Positions 46,001 to 53,600 of a stretch of 63,222 nt of DNA are shown one piece after another. Source of the stretch: Dendrobates tinctorius (Eukaryota); assembly GCF_039654945.1 (NCBI RefSeq), contig NW_027361954.1:779-64000 (forward strand), in the 5' to 3' direction. The position numbers and the translations under genes are program-made. Under the pieces are notes generated by a model. That model did no database searches. It was not told where the DNA came from and was given only the letters and a program-made list of their open reading frames with translations. How positions within the stretch are numbered: the stretch's first letter is position 1; every line of letters begins with the position of its first letter.

Positions 46001-47281
46001 GGATCCCTCTCTCATGTGGTGCTGTCATGGGTTCCGGAAAAACCGGCTACCGGTAAGTAACCATGGTGGTTTTTCATCTGCTTCCGCATAGCGGATAAGA
46101 CGACGTAAGACTAGAGACTAGGCCTTGTTCACATCAGAGGCTGCGCCGCATATTCCTTACTAACTGTAAGATATATGCAGAATAGGGAGGACAAGGAGTA
46201 ACAAAATTCTGTTTAAAAGTTATAGAAATATATTTTATTGATAACAATAATATCACATTCCATAAATATATTGGGAAGAATGATAAGGTCAAATAAGCAT
46301 AAACAAATTTAGAGTGAAGGACTCGGATGTAGTGGTCTGAGATCAACACAATAAGTATAAAGATCAGAAACTCGCATTTATAAGAGTAAGAAGATTTATG
46401 TCCCAGGAGTGCAAGACATAGCAATTCACACTGCTAACAATATTCCCATATATAGATGAGTATTTTTAGGAAAAGGATCACTCAGTACTTGTTTATAACC
46501 AAGGATAAGCCTATAATACATATATAAAACAATAAAGTGTTGCAGGATTGCTCCTTACCCATATAAATCCCTGTGTGACGTCAGACCACATAGCCCCAAC
46601 GCGCGTTTTGCGTGGGCATTTTCAGTGGACCATGATGATGCACTGTATTGAACAGCATTTCAATTCAGGAATCCAAATGTGTTTTTCTTCTGCTTCCCTA
46701 TAGTGGATAGGAAGCCATAAGACTTGAGAATAGGCCTTACTGCCCCGCATATTCCCTACTTTACTGTAAGATATAGTGTAGTAGGCCGTGCTATTTCTTA
46801 CAGGATAGTGACTGACCCCATCGGCCAGGTGATGCATCCATCTGCTGGAAATTCTTTGTTCTGTTGGTTTTCCAGGTTTTTTTTTTTTCTCAAACCAAAT
46901 TATTAACACACGTGAAAAGACTCTTGAATAGAAGAATGTATTAATGCATGCTCTGTTCTTCTCTTAATAAAAAACAAATGATATTGATTTTATGCCTCAT
47001 GCAAATAAAACATGTTACTGGACGTGCGTGATAATGATTTCTGGTGTCACCTAACCTTTTCCATATTTCCCTACCAGGCCTGTGTAAGAGACCGTGCTCT
47101 CCGCTCCATACTGGCAGTCAGGCAGATCAGTCGGGAGGCAGCAGAAAAAGCCATAAATGACGTGTTTGAATCTTGCTTTAATGACCATGAACCATTTGGT
47201 CGTATTCCTCATTGCCCAAGGGAAGCTGATATGGCGCACAGAGATCTTAAAAACCAAGGAAGACCTTACGCAAACCTTTGA
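26027..47281 (+). CDS. ATP23: Mitochondrial inner membrane protease ATP23 homolog, copy 1 (231 aa; six exons)
   Basis: Exons 26027-26168, 26609-26654, 27215-27296, 32668-32805, 34254-34337 and 47078-47281; all GT-AG and in frame. Motifs [53 protein letters not shown] at 47500. Confidence 0.96.
26231..26537. other. Assembly gap (N run) in ATP23 copy 1 intron 1
   Basis: Run of n characters. Confidence 1.
26609..26654 (+). CDS. ATP23: ATP23 copy 1 exon 2
   Basis: 46 nt, (S)[14 protein letters not shown](C). Confidence 0.93.
27215..27296 (+). CDS. ATP23: ATP23 copy 1 exon 3
   Basis: 82 nt, [27 protein letters not shown]. Confidence 0.95.
28076..29006. mobile_element. Harbinger-type MITE inserted at the L2 stop codon
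   Basis: TTA-GGCTGAGTTCACACGT ... ACGTATGAACCCAGCC-TTA; internal sequence homologous (inverted) to 7005-7938. Confidence 0.85.
29821..30255. mobile_element. Penelope-like non-autonomous element A (inverted pLTR fragment plus tail)
   Basis: 15-bp TSD GTCATCAGCATAGAG (29806-29820 and 30256-30270); inverted repeat of about 34 bp (29824-29857 and 30177-30210); 45-nt tail; contains a hammerhead. Confidence 0.8.
30117..30159 (-). ncRNA. Minimal type I hammerhead ribozyme
   Basis: Minus strand reads UCCC-CUGAUGA-U-GCCAGU(GGU)ACUGGU-GAAAC-AU-GUU-GGGG: intact core, 6-bp stem II, palindromic minimal stem III (AACAUGUU), GUU cleavage triplet and 4-bp stem I. Confidence 0.85.
30340..30381 (-). ncRNA. 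Hammerhead-like ribozyme core (mirror copy in the left arm of element B)
   Basis: Exact reverse complement of 32378-32419. Confidence 0.6.
32378..32419 (+). ncRNA. Hammerhead-like ribozyme core (variant cleavage site)
   Basis: GCAGA-CUGACGA-A-GGCC(AAUUGUA)GGCC-GAAAC-G-GCU-UUUGU. The core boxes and stems I and II are present, but the triplet GCU is non-canonical. An identical inverted copy lies at 30340-30381. Confidence 0.6.
32668..32805 (+). CDS. ATP23: ATP23 copy 1 exon 4 (HEXXH)
   Basis: 138 nt, [46 protein letters not shown]. Confidence 0.97.
34254..34337 (+). CDS. ATP23: ATP23 copy 1 exon 5
   Basis: 84 nt, [28 protein letters not shown]. Confidence 0.96.
34667..35931. mobile_element. 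piggyBac-like non-autonomous element
   Basis: TTAA-CCCCTTTCTGAC ... TCATTAAGGGG-TTAA; no ORF. Related fragments occur at about 52860-54720 and 60100-60595. Confidence 0.75.
36565..37308 (-). mobile_element. Solo LTR
   Basis: TGT...ACA termini with 4-bp TSD CTAC (36561-36564 and 37309-37312); minus-strand AATAAA near 36665. Confidence 0.7.
37748..38861 (-). mobile_element. 5'-truncated L2 LINE with an open 294-aa RT C-terminal frame
   Basis: ORF 37977-38861: [41 protein letters not shown]; (TAA)n 3' tail. Confidence 0.92.
40016..40588. mobile_element. T2-family MITE (fold-back)
   Basis: TTAA-AGGGAATCTGTCAC ... GTGACAGATTTCC-TTAA; palindromic body. Confidence 0.8.
41687..42805 (+). CDS. DIRS Gag-like ORF1 (main exon; the frame is open from 41576 and includes a CxxC-x12-CxxC knuckle; upstream exon probably from ATG 41295)
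   Basis: 372-aa ORF with DIRS Gag/LAP2alpha-like motifs ([32 protein letters not shown]). Confidence 0.88.
   Translation: MAEEAPSLATNLRSIIKSEVQGSLKKLLKKKSKSKASPSSSSGSSSSEYQVEHGSSSSSDSDTGGRPCFPIEDTDALLKAIRSTMGLQEEKVERSLEDVMFGGLQERKKRTFPVNDKIHALIEREWKKPEKSGSLPSSSKRRYPFEAKDTDIWDKVPKIDAAVSRSSKKSALPLEDSGVLRDPLDKKADSYLRHTWEAAAGGLKPAIAGTCTARSLMVWLQQLEEKLVSKVPREKILGEMYLLHGAAAFLADTSADSMRLTARAAGLSNAARRALWLKGCPGDIQSKAKLCSLPCDGQFLFGKDLDDILEKAGDKKKGFPRFMGDQRRPPFRRGRFNRGRPPGERKRWDDKRKKEPGFMFGGNTSTAKKSPQ
42570..44702 (+). CDS. DIRS Pol: reverse transcriptase, RNase H and adenine-methyltransferase-like domain
   Basis: [44 protein letters not shown]...YAFPP. Confidence 0.95.
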   Translation: MMGSSCLEKTWMTSWKKPVIKRRASPDSWVIKGDRPFGGEGSIEAVPRENGKGGTTRGKKNQGSCLGEIPQPPKNPRNDTSPPVGGRLRLFSQEWEKISANNWILKIIKNGLKIPFFQYPRASFVVTPVRKEPGEQSAIETEILGLLEKQVLVEVPKDQERSGFYSPLFLIKKPDLSFRTIINLRRLNQWIMNQTFKMESVTSAIKLLHHNCFMAVIDLKDAYYHIPMHQEYQKYLRVALYIQGDLRHFQFTALPFGISIAPRIFTKVIAEMTAFLRIRNVIMVPYLDDFLVIGNSEHHCAHQVEKITETLQRLGWMVNLKKSKLQPLRKQTFLGFVLDSDRQVCLLPEKKLEKVREMTLPAIQHPHMTLRRAMSLLGTLTACIPAVNWAQFHTRQLQAEILSAQRRLKGRLEGKLELSERGKNSLTWWLDDSNLAGGTLWHRPVSDVILTDASSSGWGAHLREHMAQGSWGHIEQKASSNLRELRAINRALEAFIPMLQGQNVRIMSDNRVAVAYVNHQGGTRSNSLMDEAKRIFLKAEQHLTSLTALHIKGTENVQADFLSRNKLKQGEWTLNRVIFQKIVQLWGQPVIDLFATKSNRQVRRFCSLNPGENPWAVDALQIPWLFKLSYAFPPVALIPAVVKKIRDEQARVILIAPFWPKRPWFSLLQMMSLSDPWVLPEIPDLLAQGPIFHKQVKGLHLTAWNLRGHF
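42851..45712 (+). CDS. DIRS tyrosine recombinase ORF (N-terminal part overlaps Pol in another frame)
   Basis: 953-aa ORF. The C-terminal about 345 aa carry the YR catalytic residues (ARR, HSTR, ATW, HY). Confidence 0.92.
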   Translation: MGENIGQQLDPENYKEWPKNPLLPVSKSFICGDPRQKGTRRAISHRNRNLRTIGETSSGRGPERSRKKWVLFSPLPNKKTRPFLQNDNKSQAPQSMDHEPNIQNGISDFGHKAVTPQLLHGRNRFEGCLLPYPDAPRVPEIPEGSPIHPGRPQAFSIYSSSVWHLHSAKDFYKSNSGNDSFPSNPQCDYGALLGRFSGHWQFRTSLRTSGREDNRDPAKTGLDGKLKKIKTSTPKETNVSRFRLGLRPSSLSLAREKTREGERNDPSGNTASSHDPKKGNVPVGHANSLYPSGQLGTVSYPTTAGGNLVSPETIERAFRREAGTFRKGEKLSHLVARRLKFSRGNFVAQARVRCNIDGRKLLGMGGTPERTYGPRVLGSHRAEGFLQLKRVKSDKQSPRGIHSHVTGSKRPNYVRQQGGSGVCQPPGRDKVKLPNGRSQKNLPQSRATSNLPNSPTYQRDRKCSSRLSKPQQVKTGRMDLKSCNIPEDSTVMGAASNRPLCHQKQPASEEVLLIKPRGKPVGSRRSTNPVAVQTELCLSPSSVNPGSGKKDKRRASQSNPHSPVLAKKTVVFTTTNDVSLGPVGTARDSRFVSSGADIPQTSQGAPSDGVEFERSLLRDKGFSPGLVTTLMKSRKPITTNIYGRTWKKFLQFLGKPLGQEPPIESILEFLQAGLQLGLAVNTLKVQVSALGALYNCNIAANRWVARFIKSCHRSRPVSLPKIAPWDLNLVLEALTKEPFEPIQQISTKNLTLKTIILVALTSARRVSDLQALSVNPPYTQIYQDRVVMRTDPAYLPKVVTNFHRNQEIVLPSFCENPKNPGEEKFHSLDVKRTLVEYMSITSQWRRSQSLFVAFQGARKGYGVSKGTIARWIREAISVAYSASGVPVPDGIKAHSTRAVATSWAEKAEVSIEQICKAATWASPSTFFRHYRLNLSSSADLTFGRRVLQAVVPP
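46180..46630 (-). mobile_element. Old Penelope-like remnant with a degenerate hammerhead
   Basis: Minus strand 46584-46628 reads CCA-CUGAAAA-UGC(CCAC)GC-AAAAC-GCGC-GUU-GGG, with two core mutations; AATAAA lies downstream near 46235. Confidence 0.45.
47078..47281 (+). CDS. ATP23: ATP23 copy 1 exon 6
   Basis: 204 nt, [15 protein letters not shown]...GRPYANL*. Confidence 0.96.
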   Translation, partial: ACVRDRALRSILAVRQISREAAEKAINDVFESCFNDHEPFGRIPHCPREADMAHRDLKNQGRPYANL

Positions 47282-48789
47282 GCTACAGAAAAGCACATAT
47301 AAATCAGGGTTCAGATGAATTCTTGCTTTGATCTAGTAATCGTGAATGAGAATTGCACCCCTCTAGCAGCTTTTCTCAGATATGATAGAATGTATGAGGT
47401 TATGCCTCAATTTCTGTTTGTCTGTTTATTGTATGTCCTTTTTAATTTTATATTTAATTCTGTGATTTTTAAAATTGATTTATGTGTTGTGAGGAATATA
47501 ATAAAGTTTATATGACAGTGTTTTCTTTACTCACTGGAAGTAAAACAAGGTTTTATGTACGTTCTTATTTGTGGATTCACTCTGCTCAAACTTTTCCAGT
47601 GGAGTTTACCGTTCTGTCCTCCGCACTGTGCGCACAATACACTATAGGGATTGTCACGTTTCTGTCTTCAGCGTGCATCCCTTCTGTGCTTGGCCTTCTG
47701 ATGATTGACAGTTTGTGGTGGCAAAATGGTTGTACTGCTGGCCAGAACTATTCATTCTCCAATGCTGGCAGAGGAAGCTTTACCACTGCACCATCGGGAA
47801 CTGAGCTTGGTGAGATTCAGCAATCTGGCCGGCATTAGAGCTGCACCTTCAAGCTGTATAGCAAACCGCTTACAAGGACACGCGTCTTTCCTAAAAGATC
47901 ATCCACCTCTGGCTTATTTTGCATCAATATTTTGTTCTATAATTTGGGTCCTTTTTGGCATACTGTTGTTATTTTGAAGTCATGCTGTCTTTGCTGGCCA
48001 GTCACCTCTTCTGCTTGGCCCCTGTGTTTTAGCAAGTAAAAAAAAAGGAACTAAACACAAATTAATTGTGGTGCAAACATCAAAAAGATGGTTTATGTAA
48101 ATGTATCCAGAATTCCAGAGCACGTATTTCTAAAATCTTACCAATTCGTGAAACAGTTTGTGAGGGTGAACTTTCTTGGTGATACGGAACAGAGTGCATT
48201 AGAGGAAAACCATCTAAGAAGACCGGTTTGAAGCTGTTCATGAGACTCATTCAAATGAATGACTGTGTGTAAAACACGCTGACGTGTCCGTTTTTGAGCG
48301 ACAGCACGGATCACACAGACCCATACAAGTCAATGGGACCGTGTAAACGTTCCGAACACGGATGGCGTCCGTGTGTATTTTAAAAGTCATAGGGTTAACA
48401 TTGAAACAAATTGTTTCAATACACGGACAGCACACGGATGATACACACGGATAGCACACGGATCACACACAGATGATACACATGGATAGCACATGGATGC
48501 CACACGAATGTGACAAATTGACACATGGACACGGATATCTCCGGTACCGAAAACACTAGGACGTGTGAAACCGGCCTAATTCACTAAGAAGCATATACCT
48601 CTTAATGAATGAATTGTCTTAGGAGTGTCATCTGCCTCCATGTGCGCCTTACTACAACTCTTAGTCCAGTCAGAAACTGGTGTAAGGAATAAGACCGATT
48701 GGTATGAGTTAGACGAGCTGTGGTGTCATGCCCCCCTTTTCATCCTACCTGTGTCCATTTTTTTTTTTGCTTGACACAACTGATGTGAA

Positions 48790-49835
48790 AATGCCGAAAG
48801 TCATAACGTTTTTGTGCAACTCGACAAAAAATTCAAACATTTTGGGGATATACACAAGGAGTGGACTGCTGCTGGAGTCATTTTTTCAAGAGCCACCACA
48901 CACAGACATAACCAGGACATGGGTTACAAGTGTCACATTCCTTGTGTCAAGCCACTCATGACCAATAGACAATGCCAGAAGCGTCTTACCTGGGCCAAGG
49001 AGAAAAAGAACTGGACTGCTGCTCAGTGGGTCCAAGGTGTTGTTTTCAGATGAAAGTAAATTTTGCATTTCATTTGGAAATCAAGGTCCCAGAGTCTGGA
49101 GGAAGAGTAGAGATACACACAATCCAAGCTGCTTGAGGTCTAGTGTGAAGTTTGCACAATCAGTGATGGTTTGGGGAGCCATGTCATCTGCTGGTGTAGG
49201 TCCACTGTGTTTTATCAAGACCAAAGTCAGCGCAGCCATCTACCAGGAAATTTTAGAGCACTTCATGCTTCCCACTGCTGACAAGCTTTTTGGAGATGGA
49301 AATGTCATTCTCCAGGACTTGGCACACTGTCCACAGTATCACTGTGCTTGACTGGCCAGCAAACTCACCTGACCTTAACCCCATAGAGAATCTAAAGGGT
49401 ATTGTCAAGTGAAAGATGAGAGACACCAGACCCAACAATGCAGATGATCTGAAGACTGCAATCCAAGCAACCTGGGCTTCCATAACACCTCAGGAGTGCC
49501 ACAGGCTGATCGCCTTCATGCCACGCCACATTGATGCAGTAATTGATGCCAAAGGACCAAGTATTGAGTGCATTTACTGAACATACATTTCAGTAGGCCA
49601 ACATTTAGGATTTTAAAATCATTTTTCAAGCTGGTGTTAGAAGTATTCTAAGTTACTGAGATAATGATTTTTGGGTTTTCATTGGCTGTAAGCCATAATC
49701 ATCAACATTAACAAAAATAAACACTTGATATAGATCACTCTGTAATGACTCTATATAATATATGAGTTTCACTTTTTGTACTGAAAAACTGAAATAAATG
49801 AACTTTTTGATGATATTCTAATTTAGTGAGAGGCA
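48790..49835 (+). mobile_element. Tc1 transposon remnant
   Basis: FSDESKF, VMVWGAMS..GVGPL, WPANSPDLNPIEN in broken frames; right-TIR-like AT-rich end. Confidence 0.85.
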
Positions 49836-50339
49836 CCTGAAACTCTCCTCATTCTCCCCAGCTCACACTGATCGCCGGCAGAGCAGGGGAGAATGATGAG
49901 AGCCGTCGTCAGCACCCAGTGGTGAGGAACAGCACTCACTGTACCACGTGCGTGTGCTACTGACGCGGCACACGGTTGCCACACACGTGCTGCAACTATT
50001 ACAGACACTGACATTTCCACTACCATTTTTTTACAGTACCAGAAAAAAAATGGACGTGTGAAACCAGCCTAATGGATAGTCCAACTACTGCGCCACCTCT
50101 ATGGCTGTCATTACACACTAGTAGCCATTATTTGGTAAGATGATGGGATACATGTCCTATAATGTTAGATTTAGATACACAGGGGGCTTCCAAGGGCAGA
50201 AAAAGCTACTTGTTGTCATAGCAACCAGTCCCCCCACCCACATGACAACAAGCACAGATGTGACCTCCTCATGTGCAGCCCTGCTCCCTCCAGCTGCCAG
50301 TATCCAGAGCACCGGACCTGTAAGCAAACAGTGCTATGC

Positions 50340-50465
50340 ATATTCTTTGCCCACATCTAACATGGCCGCCGTGGCTCCGGGGCGCCTGACGTCATCTTCC
50401 TGCGCCTGAAGGTCAAGGCTGCGGGCTCTGACAGCTGCATGTGTATCACACAGGGTCGGACCGGT
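50340..50465 (+). promoter_or_regulatory. Putative promoter/5' region of ATP23 copy 2
   Basis: CpG-rich; YY1-like AACATGGCCGCC (50359); full CRE palindrome TGACGTCA (50387-50394). Confidence 0.5.
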
Positions 50466-50616
50466 ATGGGTGACGGTAAGGACGGAAAGGATGAGCACGG
50501 TTACCACCTGTTCCCGGAGAGGGATCCCCGGAATCCCAGGCAAGAACCGTTCTTATCCAGGGTGTACGGGCTGAAGATCAGATGTAAAGCGAGGCTGAAG
50601 ATCGCAATGGACACGA
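50466..50616 (+). CDS. ATP23: ATP23 copy 2 exon 1
   Basis: [19 protein letters not shown]...[19 protein letters not shown] donor. Confidence 0.88.
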
Positions 50617-53600
50617 GTAGGTGTGATGGCTCCAGTGCACCGCCGGGGCTATATGCTGGAGTCTGTGCGCTGGAGATATCCTTGCTAGTTTTGGGGGATC
50701 TGATCATTAAAGAGGACATTTTTTTTCTTCCAACTTGAATGTGTGTCTCTGGGACTAAAAACAATATGTGCAGTTGAGATATATTACAAATGTCGCAGTT
50801 TCCTTTCTTTGGCCTCTGTGGTGCACTGTCTATTTCTGGCTGCAGAATGGGTTTTCTGAGAATCCATCAGTGAGCTCATTCTGAATGACAGGGAAGTTGG
50901 TGACTGTTGTACGCCTTTTCCTCAGCTTCTCTGATTTATGACGGCAGGACACATCAACGTTGAATATACAGGGAAGCAAAGAGCTTGTGAAAGCCAAAAG
51001 GTCCAATAGTTTTAATGCGACCCAATTGCAAAAATGATTTTTAGCCCCATATGCATGCATTTAAGTTAAATAAAAAAAAGTGTACATCCCATTTAATGGA
51101 CATGATGAAATGTATGCCTTTACTGTAAACTAAGAATGTTACACGTCACGTGTGACCATATTTAAGATACATGTTACAGACGTGCTCATCCGATCGCTGC
51201 CGTCCTCAGAGATAAGACATTTTCTAGAGCCTGTCTCTGAGGAGGTGGCGCTCATCTGGGTACGCCTTCCTTCATGTTACTGATTGCGGGGGTCACATCA
51301 CACATCCCACCCCCCCCCACCTGCAGCATTGTGCTTTTATAGGATTACTTAGTGACCAGACATTGGAAAAGCCAAGAATTGTTGATTAAAGGGGCTGTCC
51401 GGTCTTCAGTGATTCTATGTAAATCCTCACAGTGCGCTCCATATGTATGTGTTGTGTACACTCCTGGCCAGAATCCTACACAGATGTCCTGGTTTTGGTC
51501 TCCACTGTGTACTTATTTCCTTTACCTCCTTACTGACCGCTGTGGCAGCTATGTTGGCGATTACTAATACAGTGGAGGATTACATTATCCCTTATGTGAA
51601 ATGACAAGCTGTCAGTGTATTCTTGTACTAAGCCTTGTGTTCCTCGTTAGGTCCTCATGTCAAGTTACTTTTAGACGCCATGAATCAGGCTGGGTGGTAA
51701 GTTCCTTATCTTTGTAAACCCCTTTTATACATTAGAAGTTGGATGCTTGTAGCCATGACGTATCAACACCGGCGTCCGTTGTACGGATTTATTATCTGTC
51801 GCCCTCATTGATACAGTGCTCCTCTGTAATAGGATTATTGGAATTTAAAGGGGGTTTCTGGTTTTGGGAAAAACGTCCTTTCCTGACCTCAGTTGAAACA
51901 ACCACACTGTGCATTACTCACCCTCCCTGGGTCCAGCACTGAGTCTGCCCCATTGGCTCCAGTGTCTGTTCTTGCCTGCAGCCAATACCAGAGCTCATTG
52001 GGTCTATGTGACTGGTGGCAGTGGTGTTGCTGGTGTGCCAGCTTCCGACAATGGCAGACATTTGGAGCGGTGGCAGAGACTCATTGCCGGACCCAGTGAG
52101 CTAGGTATTAAAAAAAACCTGCCAAAACTGGAAACCCCCTGTAATGCTGACTATTGATTACAGTTTCTACTTTTCTCCACTTTAGGATTCATGTATGTTT
52201 TTGTTTCAGTATAACAAGATACGACATGCCATCTGATTTTCCATGGATTTGTTTTTTTCAGCACAGCATACAGGGATAGACATTTTGCGTGTGAAGAATG
52301 TGATGAAAAAGTTGGAGGAGGGTTTGATTCTTCGACCTCTGAGGTAATTCAAGCCAAGGTATCTGGTGCAAAAAATGTCTTGAAGGGACTCTCCGAGGAG
52401 AATAAACAAATCCACATTTAAATATGAAACCTTTTTCTGATTCCCATTATTTAGCTTTACCTACTGCGCTCTGTCAGGATCTTACGCATGGCAGCTGCCT
52501 GGTCATGCAGTAGGGCGGAAGCACTAAGCTGCCAGGACATGCAGTAGGGCGGACGCACTAAGCTGCCAGGCTGCTTACTTCTCCATTACTCCGGCTTCGC
52601 TCAGGGTCCTGTCAGGGTGACTGATCACAGGGATGCGCGTCACGTTGCCTGACAGGACACTGCTCTGACGCCATCTCCATCCTACTACGTGTCATCTGAG
52701 CTCGAGAACGGGGTGTGATTGATGGCAGTTGCCATGTTTAGAATCCTGACAGAGGGCAGTAGATAAAGCAGACACTTTTTTTGCTAAATAAAAGTATTTA
52801 GAAAATTGCTTAACATTTAAATGTTATTTATTTTAGTACATTTCTCTGAGAACCCCTTTAACCTCTTCACGACATTTGATGTAAGTTTACGCCATGGTAG
52901 GGAAAGGGTTCCCACAAAATGGCGTTAATTTACGTCACGGCGATCATGCGGGAGCAGTGCCTGCACAATCGCCACCTGGAGCTCGGATTAAGTGAAAGCT
53001 GAGCCTCGGCTATCACTGCCCACATCATCTCTGGCCATTATATCCCCTAAATGTCATGATCGATAGCGATTGTACCATTTAGAAAGCAGGGAGAGGGAGG
53101 AGGCACCTTCTCCCTTCAGATCGGCGTCATCTAGAGGACCCAATCATTGCTATGGCAATCTGTGACAACATCCGGTCACCCAGCTACAGAAAGACTGTCA
53201 GATCATGCTCAGAGCATAGTCTAAAAGGCTTATGTCAGTGCAATACTGGTGCATTGCAGTGCATTATACCAGCAATCAGACTAATAAAAGTTAAAGTCCC
53301 ATAGGGACCTAGTAAAAAAAAAAAAAAATTGTTAAGGCAAACCTGTCGCCAGGTTTGGCCGATATAAGACTGTGCCATCACCTTTCAGACTGATATACAG
53401 TTTTCTATAATGCTGTATATCTGCCCCCAGTGCGACCTGCAGGAGAAGAAAAATAAGTTTTATTATACTCACCCGGGGGGCAGTCCGGTCCAAGGGGTGT
53501 CGCTGGTCCTAGTCCGGCGCCTCTCATCTTCTTGCAATGCAGTCCTCCTGCTTGCTTCATGTGGATGATGCGCCCGAGTCATCCACGCAGTCTCCCTGGC

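Larger units (their letters stand above)
40730..46073 (+). mobile_element. DIRS retrotransposon, apparently intact and young
   Basis: Left ITR 40730-40833 and right ITR/extension 45938-46073 match without visible mismatch; ICR at about 45733-45820; inserted in a TTTT tract; three uninterrupted ORFs. Confidence 0.96.
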
